Of a DNA stretch of 64,000 nt, positions 1 through 8,950 are shown piece after piece. Numbering within the stretch: the first letter of the stretch is position 1; each line of letters opens with the position of its first letter. The DNA lies in the NCBI GenBank assembly GCA_965223155.1, contig CBDCVR010000015.1, positions 64,001 through 128,000 of the forward strand, in the 5' to 3' direction. The position numbers and the translations under genes are program-made. The notes below the pieces were generated by a model that had not been told where the DNA came from, did no database searches, and saw only the letters and a list, made by a program, of their open reading frames with translations. The stretch is from Candidatus Multivoradales bacterium. Its GTDB lineage: Bacteria > Acidobacteriota > Thermoanaerobaculia > Multivoradales > JAHEKO01.

Positions 1-1
1 G

Positions 2-421
2 GGCCCGGAGCGGGCGCGACTCGAGCGGCTTGCCGGCGGCGGCGTGGAGTTCCTGGGCTGGACCGAGCCCGAACGGCTGCGGGATCTGCTGCAACGCGCC
101 GCGGTCTTTCTCCAGCCCGGAGTCGAGGACTTCGGAATCGCGCCCGTCGAGGCCCTGGCCTGCGCGTGTCCGGTCGTCGCTCTCGGAGAGGGAGGGGTGC
201 GGGACATCGTCGCCGATCGCCGGCACGGAGTCCTCTACCAACCGGCCGACGATGCCGAGGCTCTGGCGGGAGCGATTGACAAATGTCGGCAAACGCGCTT
301 CAATTTTCTGGATCTTAGGCAGCGGGCGGAAGCCTTCTCGAGGCAACGCTTTCGCGAAGGTCTGCTCCAAGCCTTGGATCGAGCCATCCACAAACTGGCC
401 GCTTCGGAAGAGCCTTCGTGA
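2..421 (+). CDS. Glycosyltransferase family 4, C-terminal part (5' truncated by window edge)
   Basis: Frame open from the window start. Contains EDFGIAPVEALACACPVV, the GT-B E-x7-E motif. Stop overlaps the next start. Confidence 0.85.
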   Translation, partial: GPERARLERLAGGGVEFLGWTEPERLRDLLQRAAVFLQPGVEDFGIAPVEALACACPVVALGEGGVRDIVADRRHGVLYQPADDAEALAGAIDKCRQTRFNFLDLRQRAEAFSRQRFREGLLQALDRAIHKLAASEEPS

Positions 422-1848
422 TCAACCGACGGTACCGACTGATCAGCTTCGTTCACCTACTGAGCGACATCGTCGCCATGGTGGTGGCGTTCCTGTTGGC
501 CTGGCAGCTGCGCTTTGCTACGGACCTGATTCCGTTCACAAGCTCGCACCAACCCGAGTTCGAGCGCTACCTGCGGCTGCTGCCCGCGGCCCTCGTGCTA
601 TGGACCATCGTCTTCTACTTTCACGGCTTGTACCGGGCCCGCCGCGGCCGGAGTGGCGTCGACGAGGCGCTGACGGTCGCGGTCGCGGCCATTCTGGGTG
701 TGGTCCTACTGTCCGTGTACACGGTCTGGAACCAAGATATCCAGATCATCAACGACGTACCCGTGCCTTTCACCTACAGCCGGGCGTTCTTGGGCCTTTT
801 CGCCGCGCTGGACGTGCTTCTGGCGGTCGCCGGCCGGCTCGTCATTCGCTCCTACCTGCGTCGCATGCGCCGGCAAGGCCGCAACCTGCAGCGCATCCTG
901 ATCGCGGGAGCCGGAGTGCTCGGCCAAGACGTGGCGCGCAAGCTGGCGGCCCACGAGGAGCTCGGCTTCGAGCTGGTGGGGTTCCTGGACGACGATCCGG
1001 CCAAGGCCGAAGGCTCCGAGCTGCCGGTCCTGGGAACCCTGGACGACGTCGACGAGTGCCTCCACGCCAACGCCATCGATCAGGTCTACGTCGCCATGCC
1101 GCTCGAGGCCCATGCGCGGATCCTGGAAGTCCTGCGGGTCATCGGCGGCGAGTGCGTCGAGGTCAAGATGGTGCCGGACATCCTCCAGTACGCGACCTTG
1201 CGCGCCGAGTTCGAGGACCTGGACGGCACACCGGTCATCAACCTCTCCCAGGTGCCGCTCCGTGGCTGGAGCAGCTTGATCAAGCGAGTCATGGACATGG
1301 CGATCGCGGCCACGGCCCTGGCCGGCCTCCTGCCCTTCCTGCCGCTCCTGGCGGCAGCCATCTGGCTCGAAGACAAGGGTCCGATCTTCTACCGGCAGGA
1401 GCGCATGGGACTGGACGGCAAGCCGTTCTGGATCTGGAAGTTCCGCTCCATGCGCGCCAATGCCGAGTCGTCCTCAGGACCGGTCTGGGCGGTCAAGGAC
1501 GACCCCAGGCGGACCTACATCGGCGCCTTCCTCCGGCGCTGGTCCCTGGACGAGCTGCCGCAGCTTTGGAACGTGCTCAAGGGCGAGATGTCGATCGTCG
1601 GGCCGCGGCCGGAGCGCCCCGCGTTCGTCCATGAGTTCAAGAGCCAGATCCCGCAGTACATGCTGCGTCACCGCGTCAAGGCCGGCATCACCGGCTGGGC
1701 TCAGGTTCACGGCTGGCGCGGCAACACGTCGATCCGCAAGCGCATCCAGTACGACCTCTACTACATCGAGAACTGGTCGCTGGGCCTCGACATCAAGATC
1801 CTGTGGATGACGCTCCGGCACGGCTTGCGGCACCACAACGCGTACTGA
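418..1848 (+). CDS. wcaJ: Undecaprenyl-phosphate glucose phosphotransferase (WcaJ/CpsE family)
   Basis: N-terminal TM helices, CoA-binding-like GAG..G region, and bacterial sugar transferase motifs KFRSM, DELPQLWNVLKGEMSIVGPRPE, GITGWAQV. Confidence 0.9.
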   Translation: MINRRYRLISFVHLLSDIVAMVVAFLLAWQLRFATDLIPFTSSHQPEFERYLRLLPAALVLWTIVFYFHGLYRARRGRSGVDEALTVAVAAILGVVLLSVYTVWNQDIQIINDVPVPFTYSRAFLGLFAALDVLLAVAGRLVIRSYLRRMRRQGRNLQRILIAGAGVLGQDVARKLAAHEELGFELVGFLDDDPAKAEGSELPVLGTLDDVDECLHANAIDQVYVAMPLEAHARILEVLRVIGGECVEVKMVPDILQYATLRAEFEDLDGTPVINLSQVPLRGWSSLIKRVMDMAIAATALAGLLPFLPLLAAAIWLEDKGPIFYRQERMGLDGKPFWIWKFRSMRANAESSSGPVWAVKDDPRRTYIGAFLRRWSLDELPQLWNVLKGEMSIVGPRPERPAFVHEFKSQIPQYMLRHRVKAGITGWAQVHGWRGNTSIRKRIQYDLYYIENWSLGLDIKILWMTLRHGLRHHNAY

Positions 1849-1878
1849 CCGCCGCCGCGCCCGGCCCCGGCCCCGGAG

Positions 1879-3957
1879 TCAGGCCGACTTGCGTAGCGCG
1901 CGCCGGGCCTCGTCGAGCGCCGAGCGCACCTGGTCCAGATCCTCACCGTCCACTTCGGTGCCGGCGAAGCTCTCCCGCAGGTAGGCACGCACCACCGTAC
2001 GCGTGGCGGTACTGGCTTCGGGATGGCGGTTCGCCAGCTCCCGACCGAGCTCGGCCGGAGGCGTCCAGGGCGCGATCTCATGCCGGCGGCTGGCACTGGC
2101 GCGGAGCTCTCGGTAGGCACGAGTTGCCGAAAATCGCTCCCGCCGGCGAAGGATCCAGATCCCCACTCCCAGAAGCACCACCACCAGGGGCGCCGCGCGC
2201 CAGCCGGGCAGGGCAAACGAGGCTTCGCGATCCTTGGCTGGCTCCTCCTCGGCGGTCTCGGACTCGGCCGTCTGGCCGCTCTCCGGCCGGCCACCGGCGT
2301 CGTCGCGCCGGAACCAGTCCCAGATGCCGGCGACCACGTCGCGGAACCGGAAGAGCGCGTTGACCTGATCGGAAAAGCCGTAGGTCAAGACGTACCGGTC
2401 CCAGCGAAATACGAGGTAGTCGTAGGCCTGCTCGGCGAGGGTCAGCCAGCCGCTCCGTCCCGATTGAGGCCGGGCGTCGGCGGGCGTCGGGTCGAAGACC
2501 AGCCAGCCCCGGCCGGGCACGAAGGCCTCGACCCAGGCGTGCGCGTTCGACCGCCGCACCATGAAGTACTCCTCGAGCGGGTTGTAGTCGGCGCCCAGAA
2601 AGCCGGTCGCGAGCCGCGCCTCGATCCCCTGCGAACGGAGCATCAGTACCATGGCGCTGGCAAAGAGCTCGCAGTGGCCCCGGCGAGTCTCGAACAGAAA
2701 CTGCTCGACCGGAGCCTCGCCGTCGTTGACGAAGTCCGAGGTGTACACGTACTCCGACTGGAGGTGCGCTTCGAGCCGCCCGATGCGCTCGGCCGGATCC
2801 ACGGAATCTCCCAACACCGTTGCCGCCAGGGCGGCGGTTCGCGGCGATAGGCCGCTGGTGTCGAGAAGGGCGCTCCGGTCGGGATTGCGCGAGCCGATCC
2901 GGCTGGCCACGGGCGCGACCTGGAGCCCTGCCCGGTACTCGCCGGTGCCCGTTCGGGGAAAGAGAAGCCGGGCGGCGCCGGCTTCATCGACCACGACCCC
3001 GTTGCGGACGACGTCCACGGCCGTGGTCTCGACTGGCAACGCCAGCCTGGAGTTCAAGTTCTTGGCCCAGACCTGGATCCACGTCTGCGGCCGGCCGGCG
3101 CCGAGGCGGAAGAAGCCGTCGCGCTCACGGCTGAGGGGCACCGTGCGCCGGGCGCCGCGGCGCCAGCCGCCCCGGGTGAAGCGGTCGTAGGTTTCGACTT
3201 TGAAGCGCAGCTCGCGAATCGGAGTCGGGGTTTCGTAGCGATACCGGAACACGACCGTGCGCAGCGAGCGAGCCCGCTCGATCGCCCCAAAGTCGAGCCG
3301 ATCGGAGAAGCCCGTAACCTGGACCGCGCTGGTCAGCGCGCCGCCAGGGACGTAGACGTAGGGCTGCTTGAGGCGGGGCAGAAAGAAGAAGAGGGGAATC
3401 GTCGCCAGGAGCGCGACTCCGAGAATCGCCAGCACGACCCTGCCGGCGGGAACCGTGCTCCCGCCCTCGGCCGGGTTCGCCGCCAGGGCGTCGTAGCCGG
3501 CAAACCGGACCAGCGTCAAGACCGCCAGCCCCGAGAAGGCGACCAGGTAGACAAGCACCGCCGGATGGACGCTGGTGCCCATCGACGCCAGGAACAAGAA
3601 GAAGACTCCCAAGAGCAAGTGCCACTTGTCCTTCTCGCGCCGGATGGCGAAGAACTTGATCGCGAGAGCGTAGAAGGCCAGGTGAATCAAAGGCTGCAGG
3701 ATCCTGCCCTGGCGCAAGACCGTCAGATCGGCGAACAGGAACGGCAGGTAGGCGAGTCCCAGAACGTTCATCAGCCAATTCGGGAGTGCCGCCGTCTGGC
3801 CGGCCAGCGCCCGCCGCCAGAAGAGCGCGACCACGAAACAGAAAGCCAGCACCGACGGCCAGCCGACCACCTCGTTGAAAGGCAGGGGCAGCGGCGCCAG
3901 CATGGCCAACGCCGCCAGCAGCGTCGCCTTGTCCCGGAAGAACCTCACGAGGCCCAT
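1879..3957 (-). CDS. Membrane transglutaminase-like protein (TgpA family; DUF3488 + TGase + DUF4129)
   Basis: Multi-TM N-terminus. Catalytic motifs GHCELFASAM, AHAWVE, FDPTP. Third gene of a MoxR operon. Confidence 0.88.
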   Translation of the reverse strand: MGLVRFFRDKATLLAALAMLAPLPLPFNEVVGWPSVLAFCFVVALFWRRALAGQTAALPNWLMNVLGLAYLPFLFADLTVLRQGRILQPLIHLAFYALAIKFFAIRREKDKWHLLLGVFFLFLASMGTSVHPAVLVYLVAFSGLAVLTLVRFAGYDALAANPAEGGSTVPAGRVVLAILGVALLATIPLFFFLPRLKQPYVYVPGGALTSAVQVTGFSDRLDFGAIERARSLRTVVFRYRYETPTPIRELRFKVETYDRFTRGGWRRGARRTVPLSRERDGFFRLGAGRPQTWIQVWAKNLNSRLALPVETTAVDVVRNGVVVDEAGAARLLFPRTGTGEYRAGLQVAPVASRIGSRNPDRSALLDTSGLSPRTAALAATVLGDSVDPAERIGRLEAHLQSEYVYTSDFVNDGEAPVEQFLFETRRGHCELFASAMVLMLRSQGIEARLATGFLGADYNPLEEYFMVRRSNAHAWVEAFVPGRGWLVFDPTPADARPQSGRSGWLTLAEQAYDYLVFRWDRYVLTYGFSDQVNALFRFRDVVAGIWDWFRRDDAGGRPESGQTAESETAEEEPAKDREASFALPGWRAAPLVVVLLGVGIWILRRRERFSATRAYRELRASASRRHEIAPWTPPAELGRELANRHPEASTATRTVVRAYLRESFAGTEVDGEDLDQVRSALDEARRALRKSA

Positions 3958-4988
3958 CTCCTTGCCTGACCGGAAGCCTCCGGACCCGGCGGCTCGGCCC
4001 AGCCCAGGCGCAGCTCGGCCGAGCCCGTCCGTCCCCGCCAGAGGGGCGCTGGCCGCCGCGAAACGGCCTCGACCACTGCCAGAGCGGTCAGCAGGCGCTG
4101 ACGCTGGTGGCGACCGCGGCCGAAAGGGATCTCGTCTTCGCGGGTTCTCAGCGCAACGTCGAATCCCAGATCCAGATAATGCTCCGCGGCGCTAGCCGCC
4201 TCGCTCACCAGCCGCTCGAAGCGTTCTTCGGCGGGCAGGTCTTCGAGCGGCCCGACGGCGTTGTCCAGAACGATGGACAGGCGCCGGCCGTGCTCGGCCT
4301 CGCGCTCCATGTAGATGAGCTCGCCGGTGCGGGCGGTGCGCTTCCAGTGGATGCCCCGGGGATCGTCGCCGGGCTGAAACTCGCGTAGCCGACGCAACTC
4401 ATGACTCCAACCGATGCGCCGGGACGGGTCGTCGCCGGCTCGTCCCGGATCCACGAACTCCATCCCGGCCGCCGGATAGATTTCAGGAAATACCAGGACC
4501 TCGAGTTCCACCGGAAACCGCATCGCCTTGTCGAAGAGCCCGAGGGGAAACACCGAGGAGACGCGCAGGTAGGGAAAGCGATGCCGCCCCCTGCGCTTGA
4601 TCAGGAAGGCAAAGCGGCCGTTGCGGCTCCCTCGGCGCGGCAGAAAGGGGATGAGCGTGTCTTCGGCCTCGTCGATGCCGCCGACCTTGAGGAGCCGCCG
4701 GCCCAGCCAGCGATCCTGGTTGGCCACCGCGAGCGGAACAGAGAACACCTGGCCGGCATGGGCTTCCGGCGGAGCGCCGAACTCCAGTCGGAGGCGAGAC
4801 AGGTTGCGCTTCGACAGGATGCCGGAAACTGCGAGCACCGCCAAGAGCAGCGACTCGACCAGGTAGAGTGCGTTGTTCCCGGTATTGGCCGCGGCCACGC
4901 CCACCACCAGCGCCAGCAGGATGTACCAGACTCCGACCTTGGTGATCCGGACCCGTTCGAGCCGGGGCCGTGGCGCGCGGTTGGACAC
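3945..4988 (-). CDS. DUF58 domain protein
   Basis: NTGNNALY, FPLGLF and LREFQPGDDPRGIHWKRTAR motifs. Lies between moxR and the transglutaminase gene. Confidence 0.88.
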   Translation of the reverse strand: MSNRAPRPRLERVRITKVGVWYILLALVVGVAAANTGNNALYLVESLLLAVLAVSGILSKRNLSRLRLEFGAPPEAHAGQVFSVPLAVANQDRWLGRRLLKVGGIDEAEDTLIPFLPRRGSRNGRFAFLIKRRGRHRFPYLRVSSVFPLGLFDKAMRFPVELEVLVFPEIYPAAGMEFVDPGRAGDDPSRRIGWSHELRRLREFQPGDDPRGIHWKRTARTGELIYMEREAEHGRRLSIVLDNAVGPLEDLPAEERFERLVSEAASAAEHYLDLGFDVALRTREDEIPFGRGRHQRQRLLTALAVVEAVSRRPAPLWRGRTGSAELRLGWAEPPGPEASGQARRWAS

Positions 4989-4997
4989 GCCCGCGCG

Positions 4998-5960
4998 CTA
5001 CAGAGGTACCGGCACGGCGCGCACGGTAGCGGCGATCGCTTCCCGGCACGCCTCCAGCGAATTCGAACCGCTCTTCAGCACCACTCGGTGCGCAAGAACC
5101 GGCGCCGCCAGGCTCTGGACGTCATCCGGAATCACGAAGTCGCGACCCTCGCACAGAGCCATGGCCTGGGCCGCGCGTAGGAACCCTTGGACGCCGCGGG
5201 TCGAAACACCGAGCAGAAACTGCGGCGAGGTCCGCGTGTGCTCGGCGATGGCCAGAACGTAGTCGGCGATCTTCTCCACCACCGTAACCCTGGCCGCCGC
5301 CCGCTGGAGCTCGAGAATCTCCTCGCCCGTGACCGCCGGGCCGAGCTCGGCCAACCGCTCGCGCACGCCGCCGCTCAGGAGCAGCTCTTTTTCCTCGGCC
5401 TGAGGCGGATAGCCCAGATGGAGCGACATCAGAAACCGGTCGAGCTGCGATTCGGGCAGCGGAAACGTGCCGACGTATTCGAGCGGGTTCTGGGTCGCCA
5501 ACACCACGAACGGCTCCGGCAGATCATGGCGCGACCGGTCTACCGTGACCTGGCGCTCGCTCATGGCTTCCAGCAAGGCCGACTGGGTCTTGGGGCTGGT
5601 GCGATTGATCTCGTCGGCCAGAACGACGTTGGCGAAGATCGGCCCGGGCACGAACTCGAACTCCTGCCGGTTCTGGCGGAAGACCGAAACCCCCAGGATG
5701 TCCGACGGCAGGAGGTCGGAGGTGAACTGGATGCGCTGGAAGGCCAGGCCGAGGGACCGCGCCAGGGCCTGCGCCAGGGTGGTCTTGCCGACGCCGGGCA
5801 CGTCCTCGATCAGCATGTGTCCACGCGCCAGCAGGCAGACGACCGCCTGCCGGATCACCGACCGCTTGCCGCGCACCACGGTCGCGACCTGATCCTCGAG
5901 CCGGCCGACGATTTCGCCGGCGATGCGCTCGGTCTGGGCTGGCAGGGTGGAAAGGCTCAT
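4998..5960 (-). CDS. MoxR family AAA+ ATPase
   Basis: Walker A EDVPGVGKT, IQFTSDLLPSD, Walker B LADEINR, ATQNP, FPLPESQLDRF. Confidence 0.95.
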   Translation of the reverse strand: MSLSTLPAQTERIAGEIVGRLEDQVATVVRGKRSVIRQAVVCLLARGHMLIEDVPGVGKTTLAQALARSLGLAFQRIQFTSDLLPSDILGVSVFRQNRQEFEFVPGPIFANVVLADEINRTSPKTQSALLEAMSERQVTVDRSRHDLPEPFVVLATQNPLEYVGTFPLPESQLDRFLMSLHLGYPPQAEEKELLLSGGVRERLAELGPAVTGEEILELQRAAARVTVVEKIADYVLAIAEHTRTSPQFLLGVSTRGVQGFLRAAQAMALCEGRDFVIPDDVQSLAAPVLAHRVVLKSGSNSLEACREAIAATVRAVPVPL

Positions 5961-6015
5961 GTCTGATGTTCCTTACGTACGGGACCGGAATTCCGTTGCC
6001 TTCGATCTCGGATGG

Positions 6016-6639
6016 CTAGCCGCCCAGATTCGAGAATTCAGGATACTCGCCGCGCTCCGCCGCCGGCACCGGATGGCGGACCTCGACCGAAAAGGCGTCA
6101 CCCTCGACATACTCGATGTCCACGAGCTCGTGGGTGAACTGCGAGCCAGTGGCCTTGGGCAAGTCCGCGGTCTCGACTTGGATCCGCCAGTGTCCCTTCT
6201 CGACCTGGTCGGGATCGACCATCGAGATGTCGAGAGTGATCAGAGGCAGGCGCTCGGAACTGTCGTGCTGCAGCAGAATGTCAATGAGGACGTCTTGGCG
6301 AATTTCGACCGGAGCGGCCATCTCGTCCTCGCCGTCCTCCGCGTCCGCGGCCTCCGCGTCGACCTCCATCGCATCCCCGTCTCCCTCGACCTCGGCCTCG
6401 ACCTCCAACATCGGATCCACCGTTTCGACCGGACGGGCGTTGACGATAAAGCCCACGGGCTTGGCCGTGTAGTACGAGCGCAGCTCGGCGACCTTCTCCT
6501 CCGGACTCTTCGGGGAGCACGCGGCAAGAAGGGCCAGCAGGCCCACGGCCCAAACGGTGCAATAGGCCGTGCGATACACGGTCTTGGCCAGCGGTCCGGA
6601 TTCTCTCTTGGGGCGACGTGCCTGCTTCATCGATCTCAT
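6016..6639 (-). CDS. Hypothetical lipoprotein with an acidic linker (true start may be downstream)
   Basis: Hydrophobic stretch ending in lipobox-like LLAAC, followed by an E/D-rich segment. Same strand as murB and moxR. Confidence 0.6.
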   Translation of the reverse strand: MRSMKQARRPKRESGPLAKTVYRTAYCTVWAVGLLALLAACSPKSPEEKVAELRSYYTAKPVGFIVNARPVETVDPMLEVEAEVEGDGDAMEVDAEAADAEDGEDEMAAPVEIRQDVLIDILLQHDSSERLPLITLDISMVDPDQVEKGHWRIQVETADLPKATGSQFTHELVDIEYVEGDAFSVEVRHPVPAAERGEYPEFSNLGG

Positions 6640-6744
6640 GCTTCGAACTCCTTGCCGTAAATGGGAAGCCCCGGGGAACCTGAGGCGAAACTCAGGGCAT
6701 TCTCTCGCACTCGCGGCAGGCGCCCAAGCCGTGGCGCGTTCAGC

Positions 6745-7704
6745 CTAGCCGGGGGGCTCGATCTTCGCTGTCGAATTCGTCACTGCCCGGGCATCCAGCC
6801 AAAGCCGGCGCAAGGCACCGGTGAGGATCACCTCGGGCTCGAGCTCGACCCCGAAACGGGCGCGCACGGCGGCGGCCGCCGCCGCCATCAACGCGACTAC
6901 GTCGGCGGCAGTCGCTTCGCCGTGGTTGACGATCACGTTGGCGTGCTTGGGGCTGATCTGTGCCCCGCCCTGGCGCCGGCCCTTGAGCCCGCAAGCCTCG
7001 ATCAGCCGGCCCGCGTAGTCGTCCTTCGGATTGCGAAAGATCGACCCCACGTTGGGCAAGCCCGACGGCAGGCTCGCCCAGCGCCGCTCATTGAGCTCTT
7101 CGATGCGAGCCAGACATGCTTCGGACTCTGCGGGCTCGAGGCCGAAGCGGGCGCTCAAGACGATCGCGCGGGTTCCCTGCAGGTTGGTCGACCGGTAGCC
7201 GGGCTCGAGCTCGTCCGTGGCCAGCTCGCGCACCGCTCCGTCCTCGTCCAGAACGCGGCAGTCCAACATCACGTCCCGGATCTCGGTGCCGTAACAACCC
7301 GCGTTCATCACCACCGCCCCGCCCACGGTCGAGGGAAAGCCGCACAATGGCTCGAGTCCGGACAGGCCGGACGCGGCGCTACGCCGCGCCAGCTTGGGCA
7401 ATGCCACTCCGGCACCAGCCTCGACCCGGTCGCCGTCGAAGCGGATCTCCAGAAACCGGCCGGCCAGCCGGAGGACGGCACCCGGCAGTCCTTCGTCGGG
7501 GAAGAGAACGTTGGATCCCAGACCGACAAGCTGCACCGGGATCCTCCGCTCGCGCAAGCGCGCCAAAACCTCTGCCAGGGCGTCTTCGGTCGCGACCTCG
7601 GCCAGCACTTCGGCGGAGCCGCCAATGCGGAACGTGCTCAGGCGGGCGAGTGACGCCCGCTCCTCGATCCGGGCTCCGGGGATCCCGCCCAGGGCCGTGC
7701 CCAA
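6745..7704 (-). CDS. murB: UDP-N-acetylenolpyruvoylglucosamine reductase (start uncertain, about 7704-7755)
   Basis: TFRIGGSA, GLGSNVL, GFPSTVGGAVVMNAG, GYRST, GSIFRNP, KHANVIVN, LEPEV. The first in-frame canonical start before the domain is TTG 7704. Confidence 0.9.
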   Translation of the reverse strand: MGTALGGIPGARIEERASLARLSTFRIGGSAEVLAEVATEDALAEVLARLRERRIPVQLVGLGSNVLFPDEGLPGAVLRLAGRFLEIRFDGDRVEAGAGVALPKLARRSAASGLSGLEPLCGFPSTVGGAVVMNAGCYGTEIRDVMLDCRVLDEDGAVRELATDELEPGYRSTNLQGTRAIVLSARFGLEPAESEACLARIEELNERRWASLPSGLPNVGSIFRNPKDDYAGRLIEACGLKGRRQGGAQISPKHANVIVNHGEATAADVVALMAAAAAAVRARFGVELEPEVILTGALRRLWLDARAVTNSTAKIEPPG

Positions 7705-7787
7705 GTCCGACTGCGCCGTGTTGCCAGGAATCGAAAGACCCTCGAGGAGTGCCAGGTCGCGGCGCCAGGCCGCGTCTTTCTTGGATG

Positions 7788-7796
7788 TAGTATAAC
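7788..7796. promoter_or_regulatory. Overlapping divergent -10 elements between murB and recA
   Basis: TAGTATAAC reads TAGTAT/TATAAC on + and TATACT on -. It is the only AT-rich patch in the intergenic region. Confidence 0.5.
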
Positions 7797-7879
7797 CGCG
7801 GCGGGCGGTTCGACGGCAGGCCCAATGGGCGGCCGCAGCCGATTCCGAGACACCCGTCCAGTCCCGAGGAGACGACCCG

Positions 7880-8944
7880 ATGCGAGACCCTAAGACCGAG
7901 CGCTTCAAGTCCATCGAGAGCGCGCTCAGCCAGATCGAGCGCCAGTTCGGCAAGGGCGCGATCATGCGCCTGGGACAGCGCGATTCGCTGTCCATCGACA
8001 CCATCCCCACCGGCTCGATCGCGATCGACGCCGCCATCGGCGCCGGCGGCTTCCCGCGCGGGCGCGTAGTCGAGGTCTTCGGACCCGAGTCGTCGGGGAA
8101 GACCACCCTCGCGCTGTCGGTCGTGGCCCAGGCCCAAAAACTGGGCGGCGTTGCCGCCTTTATCGACGCCGAGCACGCGCTCGATCCCGAATACGCCGCG
8201 AAGCTCGGTGTCGATATCGAGAATCTGCTGGTCTCGCAGCCGGACTTCGGCGAACAGGCCCTCGAGATCGCCGAGATGCTGGTTCGCAGCAACGCCGTCG
8301 ACGTGGTGGTCGTGGACTCGGTCGCGGCCCTCGTGCCTCGGGCCGAGATCGAAGGCGAAATGGGCGACTCCCACGTCGGCCTCCAAGCCCGGCTCATGTC
8401 CCAGGCCCTACGCAAGCTGACCGCCATCGTCGCCAAGTCCAAGACCAGTCTGGTCTTCATCAACCAGATCCGCGAAAAGATCGGGGTCATGTTCGGCAGT
8501 CCGGAGACCACCACCGGCGGCCGCGCGCTCAAGTTCTACTCCTCGGTGCGCGTCGACATCCGGCGCATCGCCGCTCTCAAGGACGGCGACCAGGTCGTGG
8601 GCAGCCGCGCCCGAATCAAGATCGTCAAGAACAAGATCGCAGCGCCCTTCCGCCTGGCTGAGTTCGACATCGACTACGGCGAGGGCATCTCACGGGTCGG
8701 CGAGCTCGTTGACCTGGGTGTCGAGCACAAGGTCGTGGGCAAGAGCGGCGCCTGGTACAACTACGGCGACCTGCGGCTCGGCCAGGGCCGCGAGAACGCC
8801 AAGCAGTTCCTACGCGACAATCCCGATCTGGCCGACGAGATCGAGAACGGCATCCGCGAACGCCTGGGCTTGGCGCCGCTAGCCGTGCCGACCGCTCCGG
8901 CGGAAGAAGCCGCCGAGAAGGAACCGGCGACGGCGGAGGCGTAG
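7880..8944 (+). CDS. recA: Recombinase RecA
   Basis: [58 protein letters not shown] upstream. Confidence 0.99.
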   Translation: MRDPKTERFKSIESALSQIERQFGKGAIMRLGQRDSLSIDTIPTGSIAIDAAIGAGGFPRGRVVEVFGPESSGKTTLALSVVAQAQKLGGVAAFIDAEHALDPEYAAKLGVDIENLLVSQPDFGEQALEIAEMLVRSNAVDVVVVDSVAALVPRAEIEGEMGDSHVGLQARLMSQALRKLTAIVAKSKTSLVFINQIREKIGVMFGSPETTTGGRALKFYSSVRVDIRRIAALKDGDQVVGSRARIKIVKNKIAAPFRLAEFDIDYGEGISRVGELVDLGVEHKVVGKSGAWYNYGDLRLGQGRENAKQFLRDNPDLADEIENGIRERLGLAPLAVPTAPAEEAAEKEPATAEA

Positions 8945-8950
8945 CACCGC

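Noticed and set aside
1879-5960. MoxR-DUF58-transglutaminase operon as a novel system
   Set aside because: A widespread, already described gene trio with canonical motifs.
7808-7822. Possible GTTC-N7-GTTC LexA box upstream of recA
   Set aside because: The second half-site reads GGCC; too weak to call.
6745-8532. 595-aa ORF suggesting a long N-terminal extension on MurB
   Set aside because: The extension is the antisense shadow of recA; only the last ~320 aa are MurB.
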